A stretch of 64,000 nt of DNA, from assembly GCF_018350175.1 (NCBI RefSeq), contig NC_058369.1, forward strand, positions 994,001 through 1,058,000. Reading direction: 5' to 3'. Shown in pieces: positions 26,325-38,899 of the stretch. Source of the stretch: Felis catus (Eukaryota). The notes under the pieces were generated by a model. The model was given only the letters and a program-made list of their open reading frames with translations. It had not been told where the DNA came from and made no database searches. Numbering within the stretch: the first letter of the stretch is position 1; each line of letters opens with the position of its first letter. Made by a program: the position numbers and the translations under genes.

Positions 26325-26870
26325 CGTTATCCACTGCTGCGTAACAAGCAGCAACAAATTTAGCAGCTTAAAGCAACACCCGCTTATTACCTGGCAAGTT
26401 CTGTAGGACAGATTCCGGGCACAGTGCATCGGACTCCGCCCTCAGCGTCTCACAAAGCTGCCGGGACCTGGTCAGCCGGGCCCCACGCCTTCTGCAGCCT
26501 CATGACCCCTTCCGGGCCACCTGCTGGGTGGCAGAACCCGGCTGCTCACAACCATGGGGTCTCTGGCTGTGTGCTTCCCCAAGCCCAGCAACCGAGACAG
26601 GGGTATCCCAGCTGCTTGAAGTCTTTGATTTAAGGAACGCCTGGGGCCGTCTTTCCATCAGGGCTCCTGATTAGGTCGGGCCCACCCAGGGTAATCGCCT
26701 GTTTGATTAATTCAAGTCAGCTGAGTAGGGGCCTTAGGCTATGTCTGCCTTTCCCAAATTCTGTGTGTTAGAAGCAGGTCACAGGTAATGGGTGTGTTCA
26801 AGGGGAGGGGTGTAGACAAGGCCATGACTCCTTGGGGGCCAGCGTCCTGTGTGTCTGCCACACCAGGCGA
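26325..26870 (-). mobile_element. MLT1E/F-like LTR nested in an older MLT1 LTR (~26120-27088)
   Basis: gttatccactgctgcgtaacaa…agcttaaagcaacac start in reverse; LTR-like sequence on both flanks. Confidence 0.6.
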
Positions 26871-27091
26871 CCTCTGGTCTCAGGAGCAGGCTGAGACTCA
26901 CCCCAGCCCGTCCCACCTACATCAGCTGACAGCTAGGCCGCCCCAGACAAGATCAGCAACCCGAGCACCCGATCTCGTACGCAGCGTACCATTACGTATT
27001 TCGGTATAATATACACACAGCCCTATTCAAAGGGAGCATGGCAGGTGTTTGATGTGCAGCAGTGTTATGGCACCTGGTGACCCACACAGGA

Positions 27092-27290
27092 GGGGCACCT
27101 GGGTGGCTCAGTCGGTTGAGCATCCAACTTCTGCTCATGATCTCGCGGTTCATGAGTTGAGCCCTGCATTGGGCTCTGTGCTGACAGCACAAAGACCGCT
27201 TCTGATCCTCTGTCCCCCAATCTCTCTGCCCCTCCCTTGGTCACACACACTCTCTCTCTCTGTCAAAAATTAAAAAGAAATTAAAAAAAA
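27092..27290 (+). mobile_element. Can-SINE
   Basis: Head and A tail. Confidence 0.9.
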
Positions 27291-27363
27291 AGAGTCTGTG
27301 CAGGAAAGAGATGGTTCCTGCACACACAGAAATTGAGGTGTGTTTATTAAAGACTATTGTTCG

Positions 27364-27366
<3 letters not shown>

Positions 27367-27404
<38 letters not shown>
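27367..27404. repeat. (TG)19 microsatellite
   Basis: Perfect TG run. Confidence 0.95.
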
Positions 27405-27407
<3 letters not shown>

Positions 27408-28093
27408 AAACAAAGGCTCAGACAACTTGAGAAGCCACAGGGATACTTCTCCTGCCCTCCAACCTCCTGCAAGAGCTCCTCCTTGGCCAACCGCTAATGG
27501 GAACCAGGGGGCAAGAAGGCACGTGGGCCAGCCTCGCAGGTCGCAGAGCAGGGGGCAAGGTGAGCCCTGGGGGAGACAGAATTTGTCCAGCATGATGTCT
27601 ATCATACAAAACAGGCTACATTCCCAACAGGGCACCCCCACGCACACACGGGGCATTACGGAACCGCCGAGAAGAATGGGACTGCCTCACATGCACGCGG
27701 ACAGAGAAACCTGCCGGACAATGCCACTATGGAACCAGGAAAGATGTGAAGCAGTGTGCGTGTGAGCTCCTAACTGTGCAAGGTCACACATGCCCACATC
27801 CTCTCCTTCTCTGGGGAGAGGGAGTGGACAGGGACTTCCGGGCAGTCCAGCACAGACCAGCTGGGACCATGGGTCACTGAGAACCAGCTGTGTGAGCTCC
27901 GGCTGGTGGCTTGATCTCTCTGTGCCTCAGCTTCCAGGTCTGCAAGCTAGCGAACCCACACCACGCGGTTCCTGCGAAGATTATATAATGCCTTGAGCAG
28001 GTACTTAGAACAGCACCAGGCATCCAGTATGTGCCTCACTCTTGCTGAATGCGACTTCCGTATTGTCTGGTTTCCTTTATGACAAGCATGCAA

Positions 28094-28290
28094 GGGAGAC
28101 GCCTGGGGGGGCTCGGTCGGTTGAGCGTCCGACTCTTGGTTTTGGCTCAGGTCATGATCTCCCGGTTCGTGAGATTGAGCCCCAAGGCAGGCTCTGTGCT
28201 GATAGTGCGAAGCCTGCGTGGGATTCTCTCTCCCTCTCTCTCTGCCCCTTCCCCTCAAATAAATAAATAAATAAATAAACTTTAAAAAAA
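28094..28290 (+). mobile_element. Can-SINE
   Basis: Head, (TAAA)n tail. Confidence 0.9.
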
Positions 28291-28366
28291 AGAGAATTCT
28301 GCCAGAGACGACAAAAGGGAGACAAGTAAATCCCAGATGGAATACAATTTTAAACATAAGTGATGA

Positions 28367-28586
28367 GGGGCGCCTGGGTGGCACAGTCGGTTAAGCATCC
28401 GACTTCAGCCAGGTCACCATCTCGCGGTCCATGAGTTCGAGTCCCGCATCGGGCTCTGGGCTGATGGCTCAGAGCCTGGAGCCTGTTTCCGATTCTGTGT
28501 CTCCCTCTCTCTCTGCCCCTCCCCCGTTCATGCTCTGTCTCTCTCTGTCCCAAAAATAAATAAAAACGTTGAAAAAAATTAAAAAA
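28367..28586 (+). mobile_element. young-subfamily Can-SINE with perfect 16-bp TSD
   Basis: TSD AAACATAAGTGATGAG at 28352-28367 and 28587-28602. Confidence 0.95.
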
Positions 28587-28779
28587 AAACATAAGTGATG
28601 AGAGCACAGCCATATTGAAAGGACAAGTGGTAATAGGAGGATGATTGAATGCATGTAATTTGGGGGTGAAGGGACAGTTTTATAGCAAGCAACCGAAGAC
28701 AAACAGAACATTTAAACAAAAGTAGCAGCAAATGATAAACTTAGAAACACGTTCAAAAATGAATGGCAAAAGTTAGTTT

Positions 28780-29810
28780 ATAAAGAGATTTTACACATCG
28801 TTAAGAACAAACACAGGCACCCCCAATGAAAAATGGGCAAAACATCAGAACAGGCAATTGACAAAAGCAATGACAAATGGCCCAGATGAGACGAGATGAT
28901 AAAACTAATGTAGGGATCAGCACATCTGAACAGAGGAGCGATACCCTCCCTGGGGCAGATGTGGGTGTTGCTCGTCCCCTGGGACAGGATGCAGAGCACA
29001 GCCCTTCAACAAGGGGATCTGGTGATCGTTCTCAGCGGACCTGGTTTCCAGTGAGGACCCTGTACTTTGGGAGGCCATCAGAGAAGATGTAGTTCAGGGA
29101 TGTTTACCACAGTACTGCTCTTAACGAGAGAACACGGTACCGATTTAAATGATAGGTGGCTGATTAAATAAACCTGGACGTTCAAAAAAGTTAACCGTAG
29201 GCTCACCGTCTGACCCAACAAAGCACACCCAGGCGGAGGCCCCAGGGAATTGAAAGCAGGTACCCAAATATGCACGTGTTCACGCGTGTTCACAGGAGCA
29301 GGATTCACAAGAGTCAAAGAGTGGAAATGACAAAGCGTCCATCCACAGTTGGACAGATACATACTCTGTCCACCACGCAAGCGCACGCCCCTCAGGTGCA
29401 TCCACCGCACACGTGCACGTCCACAGATGACCGTGTCCACCACGCACGCGCACGTCCCTCGGCCGCCAGCAGGAGCGAGGTGCCCACCCCCGCCGCCCCG
29501 CCGATAGACCCCGAACACATGACGCTCAGGGAGGGAACCCGACGCGAGAGGCCACACGGGGTGTGAGTCCACGTGCGTGAAACGTCCAGAACAGGCTGAT
29601 CCATAGATGGGAAGGGGGCTCGTGGGTGCTGGGGGATGAGGGAGGGAGTGGGGGTGATTCTTACTGGAGACAGAAGGGGCTTCTTTCTGGAGTTTGATGG
29701 TGGACATGTTTGCCTGACTTTGTGACTATGATAGACACCATTTAACTGCATACTTTAAAATGTTTAATTTTACAATATGTGAATTTCATTTCAATCTTTA
29801 AAATAAGGAA
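28780..29810 (+). mobile_element. old L1 3' fragments
   Basis: aaaatgggcaaaac…aggcaatt (ORF2 end) and 3' UTR motifs (cccagggaattgaaagcagg…tgaaacgtccagaacagg…actttaaaa). Confidence 0.65.
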
Positions 29811-30223
29811 AAGAGATATAAATAAACCCAGTTATATTGGCAGACTACAGCTATCAAAAATTGTGAAAAATATGTTTATCTACTGGCCTAAAAATATTCA
29901 CAACATTACACTAATTGGAAAAAAAAAAAAAAAAGGCCTCAAAACAGCGTTTCGATTGCCTATTTATAAGATGGGTGTATTCATATCCCCAAGTATATCT
30001 GCATGAGAAAAGCCTGAACCATCATGGATCAAAATTCAATGTGGAATCCTGCTCGGGATTCTGGAAAACCTGGCAAAACCCAAACCAAGTCCATTTGCTA
30101 TGGCACAGTGCTGTGCCTGCACTTTCTCTGTTCTAACAGACACACAGTGGGGACGTAGGTGCTCACGCGAGGGGGGGCCCTGTCTTAGCTTTGCAACTTT
30201 TCTGTACGTCTAAAATCATTCCA

Positions 30224-30450
30224 GGGGCGTCTGGGGGGCTCAGTCTGTTAAGCGTCCGACTTTGGCTCTGGTCATGAACTCGCGGTTTGTGAGTTCGAGC
30301 CCCGCGTCGGGCTCTGTGCTGACGGCTCAGAGCCTGGAGCCTGCTTCGGATCCTGTGTCTCCCTCTCTCTCTCTCTCTCTCTGTGCCCCTCCCCCGTTCA
30401 CGCTCTGTCTCTCTGCCTCTCTCAAAAATTAAACATTAAAAAAAATTTTA
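30224..30450 (+). mobile_element. Can-SINE inserted in an L1 3' terminus
   Basis: Full SINE; flanks ttgcaacttttctg… and …aaaatgaaaagtt resemble an L1 3' end. Confidence 0.9.
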
Positions 30451-30799
30451 ATTAATCCAAAATGAAAAGTTTATTAAAAAAAAAAAAAAGCCCAGCATTG
30501 GCAGTTCTAAGGAAAGAAACGATCAACGATCACATTTCCTCCGTTAAACTATTCAGTATTTTCGAGTCGTTTCTGACTCTGGTGACATGTTTTTAATCAG
30601 AAAAAACTGCTAACCTCCTGGTGCAGGTCGCACAGCATGAAGCCATTTCTCTAAAGTTCTGTAACATTCAGGTACGATTATTTCACACGAGTGTGCACGT
30701 TTGCGCGTGAGAAATCTCAGGGCTCCTCTCTGGAATGGCGGGACAGGTCTCTTCTGTTGTGCCGGTGGATCACCTTCATTTTACTGCGGTTTTGTCACC

Positions 30800-31300
30800 A
30801 TAGACGGGTGGCGTTTGTGTAATAAAAACTAATAACGAGATTTATTTTTTCTACCCCTGAAACTTCCCCCGTGGCCTCGTGAGGATTTGCCCAATGACCT
30901 TTCCCAATACCCGCAATAATTGATCCTTAATCAAATATTCAAATGGGCGCTTCGGGGAAAGACACAGTGATTCGGCAACTTTGATGATAAAGAGTATTTC
31001 TCTGCCTCGCCCCCCGCCCCCACCCGCCGATACTCACTACCGGGGCCCCCCCTTCCCCGGTCCGAACTGCGCCCCGACATTGCCCCCCGCCCCACTGGAG
31101 TCCTGCAAATATCTTTTGGTTTTAAGAGTTCCCCGGGGAAGCCTTGTTCTAAATGAGGTGTAAAAATCTAAGCGGCACAAAAAAAAATAGCGCGAGGTTG
31201 GAATCAATATTCTCTTCACAGCTCCATCGATTAACAACCATATTCTTCATTTATTAATTATGAAGGGGGTTGCAGCGCGGCCGCCTCCTTCTTTCGCTGT
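30800..31300. promoter_or_regulatory. non-repeat block with clustered ONECUT/homeobox motifs; candidate enhancer
   Basis: ATTGAT at ~30919, GAATCAATAT at 31201, ATCGAT at 31226, TTATTAATTA at ~31251, GTAATAAAA. Confidence 0.55.
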
Positions 31301-32019
31301 GACATGCCTGCACCCCCCATCCCTGCTTTGTGGGGCCGCCTCCCCGGCTCTGGGGCCTGTGGTACCCTGGGTTCCACATCCCTTAGCTCCAGGAGAAGAG
31401 AAAGCAGGCAGGTGCTTGACCCCGCGTGCCCGTCCAGCCAGAGCACAGAGCTTGGGAACGGGCTTTGCACCAAATTATTCTATTTCTTTGCTTTTTTTTT
31501 TTTTTTTTTTACTGCTTTTGCCCCTGTCTCCCCCACTAGAACACAATCTCCTTGTGGGACCTCACAAGGAGGTCCCTGCTGCGTTTCAACAAAGATTTGC
31601 TGAGGGGGAGGGCAGGCAGAGACAGAGGAGAGGGCAGCCCTGGGGCAGAGGAGAGGGCAGGGAGGAGGAGCAGAATTATAGAGAGAGCTTCAACCATGGT
31701 CAATTCTTGTGGGGTGGCCACGGAAGTCTTGCTGTGACCACCACGAAGCCAGTAGGTGGCTTTGGCTCTGGGCAGTCCCAGCATCTTTTCTCCCTAACTG
31801 TGCAGGTTTTGATTTGCACATCTGTAAAATGGCACCTCCTTCAGATGAGGTGATACCGCGTGTCAGCCCTTGTCTGGGCTGAACCTAGTTCGTCATGTGC
31901 AAGTGAAATGTCCTTGGTCTGGGAACTCATGGAGTAGGGCCAGGTCGGAGTCACCTTTATCCCCAGAATGCAGCATCAGGGTGGCCCAGAAATGACCACA
32001 GAAAATGTCTGTGGTAGAC

Positions 32020-33010
32020 ATGAATGGATAGGTCAGTTGGTACATAGGTGGGTGGGTGGATAGATGGGTGGGTAAACGGTAGACAGGTGGACGAAAGGGT
32101 GAAGGAAACCGTAGATGAAGAAGAGGATGGTTGAATGGCCAGTTGAGCAGAAGGGACGATAGATGAGTGGGTAGATAGGTAGGTACATGAATATGTGGGT
32201 GGGTGGAAAGGTGGATGGATGGGAGAAAGGATGAGTGGATGGCTAAAATGATAGATAAATGGATGCATGAACGGATAGATGTATTGGTGAATGCATGGGT
32301 AAACGGATGAGTGGTTTGGGGGTTGCATGGATGGACAGATGGACAGACGGACGGGTGGATGGGTAGATGGATGGATGGATGGATGGATGGATGGATGGAT
32401 ACAAAGATGGGTGAATAGGTATGTAATGTGTAGGAGAATGAATAGATAAATGGATGGATGGATGGATGGATGTGTGAGTGGAAAGGTAGATGAATGAATA
32501 GGTGTGTAATGTGTGGGAGAATGGACGTACAAATGGGTGTATGGGTGGATGAATGGGTAGAAGGATGAATGGGTGAATCAATGAGTAGGTGAGTGAGTGG
32601 ATGGACGGATGGATGGACGGATGGATGGGTGGATGGATGGATGGACGGACGGATGGATGGATGGACGGATGTGTGAGTGGAAAGGTAGATGAATGAATAG
32701 GTGTGTAATGTGTGGGAGAATGGACGTACAAATGGGTGTATGGGTGGATGAATGGGTAGAAGGATTGATGGGTGATTCAGTGAGTGGATGAGGGGATGGA
32801 TGGGTAGATGGCTAAAAGGACCAATAAATGGATGGATGAATGGGTAGAAGGATGAATGGGTGAATCAACGAGTAGATGAGTGAGGGGATGGATGGGTGGG
32901 TGAGTCGTGGGGCACGCTGGTGAAAGTGCGCTCCGTTGGCTTGTGTGGGTGGATGGGTGGATGGCTAAGCAGACGTGCCTGGGAGGAAAGATGTATGGGT
33001 GGGTTGGTGA
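32020..33010. repeat. (TGGA)n/(TGGG)n degenerate simple repeat
   Basis: ATGG array with an internal 99-bp duplication. Confidence 0.95.
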
Positions 33011-33559
33011 GTGAATCACGTGTAGATGCATGAACACAGGGGTGGGCATGTTGGTAACTGGGAGGGTGCGTGGGCATACAGGTGGATGAGCAAAGCAGCT
33101 TTGGCGAGACTGTTTTGCACAGGTTACCTGTGCAGCCTCTGCCTTGTGGAAGTCCCTTTCCAAGTATTAGGTGAGGTGGGAAGACATCTCATACTGGCTC
33201 AGGAGTCAGCAGTGTCATCTGCAGAAAATGGCCCACGGGGTCCAAGAGGAAAGGGAGGTCTGTAGGAGCGTATCACAGGAAGCAGGAGCAGCCACTGGGT
33301 TTGGGGCTGGGACCGGGCCTAGGCCTGGAGAAGGGAGCGCAGGGTTCCCAGGAAAGAGACGTTCTTGGAAGGGTAGGGAGCCCAGAGACCCAGCCTCCGC
33401 GCTCTCCCAGCCTGGCCTCCTTCCCGAGGGACCTTCTGCCACCTGGGGCGGCCCCTCGCCCCTGCCCCCACTTCCAGGGCTCCCAGTCGCCTCTCCCACC
33501 CGATGCGCCCCCACTCTGCCCACACTGCCCCTCTCCCTCCCCCAGTCCTCTCTGTGCGG

Positions 33560-34020
33560 GGTGCTGGGGCGCAGAGCCAGGCAGCGGGAACTGTCAGCGC
33601 CAGATCGTGGGGAGGGGCGCCTCTGCCCGAGGTCGATGGGAGCGGGGGGCCCAGGCTGTGGTTTACACTGAATCCACGAAAATCACCGAAGCTTGAAAAG
33701 TGCTCGATACGCCATCGATCGCTCTCTGCTGATCGGCGCCGCCGCCGCAGCGAGCGGGGAGGAAGGGCGGGCGGCCCCCCACCCCCATCCCCACCCCCAC
33801 CGGGGCCCACACGGGACGCTGCCTGCGCCCCTGCCCCTGCGCGCCCGGGCTCCAGCCTCAGGGGCCCCGGGAGAACGTCCCCACCGTGCGCGTGCAGGAG
33901 GGGCCTCGGGTCTCGCAGGGGAGGGACAGCGCCCCCCTGGGAGCCTCTCAGACCCGCGGGGGGAGGGGGGGGCGCTGTGCGCTGTGGCCTCCGCTGCAAA
34001 CCCTCCTCTAGCTGTTCGGG
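33560..34020. promoter_or_regulatory. small CpG island
   Basis: CpG-dense; TGGTTTACA, ATCGAT at 33714, RE1 right half-site GGACAGCGCC at 33924. Confidence 0.5.
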
Positions 34021-35789
34021 GTGATGTGGAACTAAGAAAACCTGGCTCCTCTACTGCCAGGCTGCGTGGCCTCCAGTGCATCTCTTAACCTCTCTGGGCC
34101 TCAGTTGTGTTCTCTGTGAAATGGGCATTGTCGCACATACCCTGTGGGGGCTTCTTGGCCTCCTTAGCGTTGACCGACTTGCATCCCTGCCTCCTCTCGC
34201 TCTCAGCCGGGAACAGGGTTTCAGCAGAGGGAAGGGCGTGTGCCGGGCCTCAGAGGCTGGACACACCATGGGGCACTCAGCAGACCCCAAGGACAGGTAG
34301 CGGTGACCTGTCTTTGAAAGGAGGGTGAGTGGGGGAGGAGTGAGGTCTAGTGCGGTGCTCCGCGTGCCTGTGGTTTTTAACCCCGGAGGGGATAGGGAGC
34401 CGCGGGGTTTGGAGCCACAGGACTGGATACGGGAGGGGTGTCTTTCCCTCACAGCTCTCCCTGCTCCAGGCCTGGCCTCTTCTGCCCCACCCGCCAGGGT
34501 CCTTGGTCCTTGTCCCTCAGGAGTCCCTCCCTGGCTGACCCCACCGGGCTCCCCAGGGACCTTTCAAGTCCGACCTCGTCTGCTCTAAGCCCTCCCGTAT
34601 CTCCCCACCTCCCGTGGCCCCACCAGCTACACGTCCAGCCACGGGCCAGCCACACTGCAGAGCTCGGCCTGGCGCCCCAGCACAGCCCTGCTGCTCCCGC
34701 TGTCTGTCCCCACCCAACAGGCCTAAGGACCGTTCCCCACCCTCCAAGCTCCCGCCCCAGGGCCCTCCCAGGCGCAGTCTCCCAGACACGCCCGGTCCTG
34801 GGGCCTCCTTCTGGCTGTGTCGGGCCTGGGTCTCCCTCCCCAGGGGCTCCCCGGGACCCTAGACCTGTGGGAGGGCCAGCTGCGGGCTGTGAAGGAGGCG
34901 GCAGGAGGCGGAAGGAGACCTTTGTGGCAGAGACTGGAAGGGGTTCTGGGGCCACAGGGGCAGAACCTGCCTCCAACAGCTGGGGGTGCCGCCCCCCTCC
35001 CAGGTCCTCCCGCCTTTGAGCTCAACCCACATCCAGCCGGACCCTCCACCCCCACGGCTCCCAAGCGGGAGAGAGAAAAGGGAAGTGAGGCCGGTGACTT
35101 TCCTCTCCAACCACCCCCCCACCCCCCACCCGGACTCCTGGGGACTCCTCCCTCACCCACCCTGGAGTCCCAGCCCCCACACCAGGACCCCCATGTGGCC
35201 TCCGCTGGGGCGGGGGCCGCCCCCTCCCACCCCTGTGTCCTTCTCCCCAAAGGTCAGGGAGCTAATTTCATTCCTCTGTATCTCTCACACCTCGATGATT
35301 AATAATTGAAGAAAATGTATTTCTTCGGGGGCCCAGGATAAATCAGAAATAACTACAGCATTCGTATACTGCTGGAGGGCTGGGGATGCCCGAGAGGAAG
35401 GGCGAGCCAGGAGAGGGGATGTGGGCTTCTGAGCGTCTAGCAGTCATAATAGCACTAAAGAATGGTTTCCAAATTGTGATAATGGCACCAACAACAAGAA
35501 TCATTTAGTGACGACCTGCTCTGCATCGCGGAGGCTCTGCTAAGGCTTTTGAGGTTAAGGATCTCCTTGCTTCCATTTTCCAGATGAGGAAACTGAGGCC
35601 CAAAGCAAGGGAAGTGATTTGCCCAAGGCCACATGGATGGGAGTCAAACTCAGGTGGGTCCTGTCCCACCTGGAGGTTGGAACCTCCAGGCTCAGTCCCG
35701 TGTGGGGTGGGGTCTGGGATGCTTGACCCCACGTGGGAACTGTTCACTGCCGCGGGACCCACCACCTGGAAACCGATCAGGTGAAAGTC

Positions 35790-36336
35790 ACTGAGGCACA
35801 TCCGTGCTCACGGCGGCATGACCCACAGTGGCTAAAAGGTGGAAACACCCCAAGTGTCCATCGATGGATGAAGGGTGAACACGGCTCACGGCATGAACAC
35901 ATGCTGGATATGACCCAGCCTCAGGAAGGAAGAATGTCCTCCCACCTGCCACCGCGTGGACGGACCCGGAGGCCACTGTGCGTGGTGACAGAGCCAGACA
36001 CAGACGGACGCGTCCTGTGTGACCCCACGCACGGGGGTCCCTAGAGGAGTCCCATCCACAGAGCCAGAGAACAGACGGTGGGAGCCAGGGGAGGGGCAGG
36101 GACAGGGAGTCAATGCTTCGTGGGGACAGAGTCTCAGCCTGGGGAGATGGAAAGTTCTGGAGATGGATGGAGGGTGGGTGCACGACAGCGTGAGTGTGCC
36201 ACATGCACTTAGAAGGTTAAAAAGGGGGCTTCTGGGTGGCTCAGTTGATTAAGGTCTGACTCTTGATTTCGGCTTAGGTCATGATCTCAAAGTTTGCAAG
36301 ATCGAGTTCTGCACTGACGCGCTGAACCTGCTTGGG

Positions 36337-36374
<38 letters not shown>

Positions 36375-36715
36375 CCTCCTTGCTCTCTGTCTCTCAAAAC
36401 TAAGTAAATATGTTTTTTTTTTTTAAAAAAGAAAGTTAAGGAGCGCCTGGGTGGCTCAGTCAGTTGAGCATCCAACTCTTGGTTTTGGGCTCAGGTCACG
36501 ATCTCACGGTTCGTGAGTTTGAGCCCCACGTAGGGCTCTGCGCTGTCAGTGTGGAACCTGCTTCGGATTCGGTGTCTCCCTCTCTCTCTGCTCCTCCCCT
36601 GCTCATGCTTGCTCTCTCTCAAAATAAATAAACTAAAAAAAATTTTTTTTAATAAAAAGAAAGTGAAAATGGTCCTTTTCATGTTATGTGTATTTTAACC
36701 ACAATTAAACAAATA
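35790..36715 (+). mobile_element. L1MB-like 3' UTR interrupted by two tandem Can-SINEs (~36224-36430 and ~36440-36660)
   Basis: aagtgtccatcgatggatgaa…aaagttctggagatggatgg…cacttagaaggtt | SINEs | aaaatggt…atgttatgtgtattttaaccacaatt. Confidence 0.8.
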
Positions 36716-36725
36716 AATTCTTTTT

Positions 36726-36963
36726 ATTTTTTTTATAAATTTTTTTTTAATTTTTTTTTCAACGTTTATTTATTTTTGGGACAGAGAGAGACAGAGCATG
36801 AACGGGGGAGGGGCAGAGACAGAGGGAGACACAGAATCGGAAACAGGCTCCAGGCTCTGAACCATCAGCCCAGAGCCTGACGCGGGGCTCGAACCCACAA
36901 ACTGTGAGATCGTGACCTGGCTGAAGTCGGCTGCTCAACCGACTGCGCCACCCAGGTGCCCCT
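36726..36963 (-). mobile_element. young-subfamily Can-SINE with TSD
   Basis: TSD ATAAATTCTTTTT at 36713-36725 and 36964-36976. Confidence 0.93.
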
Positions 36964-37797
36964 ATAAATTCTTTTTTAAAAAGGGGATGACCTTCCAATT
37001 CACGCTACAGTGTGGACGGACCTTGAAAACATGAACGCTCAGTGAGGCCACATCACGTGTGACTACTTTTATGTGAAACGTCCAGAAGGCAAGTCCTGAC
37101 AGAAATGGGATAATGGGTGCCAGGGCCTGGGGGACGGGGGTGGGGAGTGCTCATAAGAGGCTCGGTGCTTTGTTTTGGGGAGACGACTGTGTTGTCCTAA
37201 ACACCACTGAACTGAACCCTTTAAAACGGTGAATCCTATGTGGTAAGAACGCACCTCACTTACAGAGAAAAGTCCGCAAGAGTGAGGCGGTCCGCCCTCA
37301 TCACTGGGAGTCTGTCCGTGTCTGGGTGATGCTGGTGCCCCGCGGGGCAGTGCGTTTCAAATGCTTTCATCAAGTTTTAGACACACAGGTTTGGGGGTCT
37401 CCATGACCCATGCTTTCATCCCCAGTCGATGCCAACCTGTCACACTCATCGGACACCATTTTGCCATCTGCCCGAACAAAGCGCACGGGGACCAGCCTTG
37501 CTGCCCAAGCGAGGGGGATTGACAGACAGCGATGTCTCTTCAGGGGGCGGCTGCTGGATGCCTACGAAAGTCAAAGTCGATGCGGGAGGAGAGATTTCAA
37601 TGGCGTGGAATTGTGCCCACATGATAAAGTGAAACACGCAGACCATGTGACAGCTGGAGGTCACACGAACCCATTTTGTGAAAGCCCCAGGCCTCTGCCA
37701 GCATTTCCCCAGGGTCCTGGCCCAGAGTTAGTTGTACCCAACAATTCCTGGGGCCCTGGAGAGGACCACTCTTGTACCCCCTCCCTCTATGCCTGCC

Positions 37798-38110
37798 TGT
37801 AGCGAATTGAACAGTGTCCCCCCGCCACACACACACAAAGTCACATCCACCCAGAACCTCAGAATATGGATTTATTTGGAAATACAGTCTGCACATGTAA
37901 TCGAGTTAAGATGAGGCCATCCTGCATCAGGGTGACCCCTAAGTCCAATGACTGGTGTCATTATAAGAAGAGAGACGCACAAAGACACAGACAGAAGACA
38001 GCCATGGGATGAGACAGAAAGGGATCAGAGTGATGTGTCTATAAGCCAAGGGATGCCAAGAACTGCCCATGACCCCCAGAAGCTGGGAGAGGCTGGAAGG
38101 ACCTTTCTCT
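37798..38110 (+). mobile_element. MLT1C-like MaLR LTR
   Basis: tgtagcgaattgaacagtgtcccc…cagaacctcagaat…ttaagatgagg…aagccaagggatgcca. Confidence 0.8.
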
Positions 38111-38544
38111 ACATGGGTTACTGCCTCTGCTTTTAAAGATGGAGGGCAGGGGTGCCTGGAGGGCGGGGGGGGGGGGGAGGCCCAGGCGGTTAAGTTTCCG
38201 ACTTGGTTGTGGCCACACAGCAGGCTGCGGGCGAGATTGGAGGACCTTGGTTGTGACAGGGGATGTGGGGGCTCGGGCAATAAGGTCCTAGGGCACCTCG
38301 CAGACCCTGTGCCTCCTTCCCGTGTGAGGTCGGGTCGCCCCTCCTGCCCAGTCTCAGTCCTCACCCATTTGAGCCCGACCAGAGTCTGGCCCAGAATCCA
38401 AAGACCTCCCTCTCTGTGCCAGTGCCCAGAAAACCTCTGGGCTCTAAACCCAAAGACCTCAGGGGAATAAGGGCGAGAAAGGCGAGGCAGAGGGAGGGGT
38501 GAAAACACCAAGAGGATGAGTGGAGGAGAGGAGGGCCTCGTTAC

Positions 38545-38672
38545 TCCTGTTTCCTCGTCTGTCGAATGGGGATAACTTGCCCAACTCGCGAGATTTGGAA
38601 GAACCACTGGGTTACATACCGCGAAGCACTTAGCACAGCGCCCCGCTCCCTGCAAATGCTCACTAATATTAT
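38545..38672. mobile_element. MIR SINE fragment
   Basis: ctgtttcctcgtctgtcgaatggggataa…agcacttagcacag, MIR core. Many other short MIR cores (cctcagtttccccatctgt / gggaaactgaggc) are scattered through the window. Confidence 0.65.
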
Positions 38673-38899
38673 GCCGAAGATGAATCCGAGGCAGAGAAAA
38701 GCGGGAGGAGGAGTGGGGACCCACCTGCCCGGTCGCAGCTGCTGTCTCGGAGCCAGCGACCCCCCACCCCCACCCCCACCCCGGTCTGGGCCTCAGCCTC
38801 CCCACCTGACGCCCACTGAGAAACAAAGCGCTTCAAGGCACACTTGCCTGAATCCCGGCAGAGCCCCAGGCGCTGCCTTACAGGTGTGAACCCTGAGGC

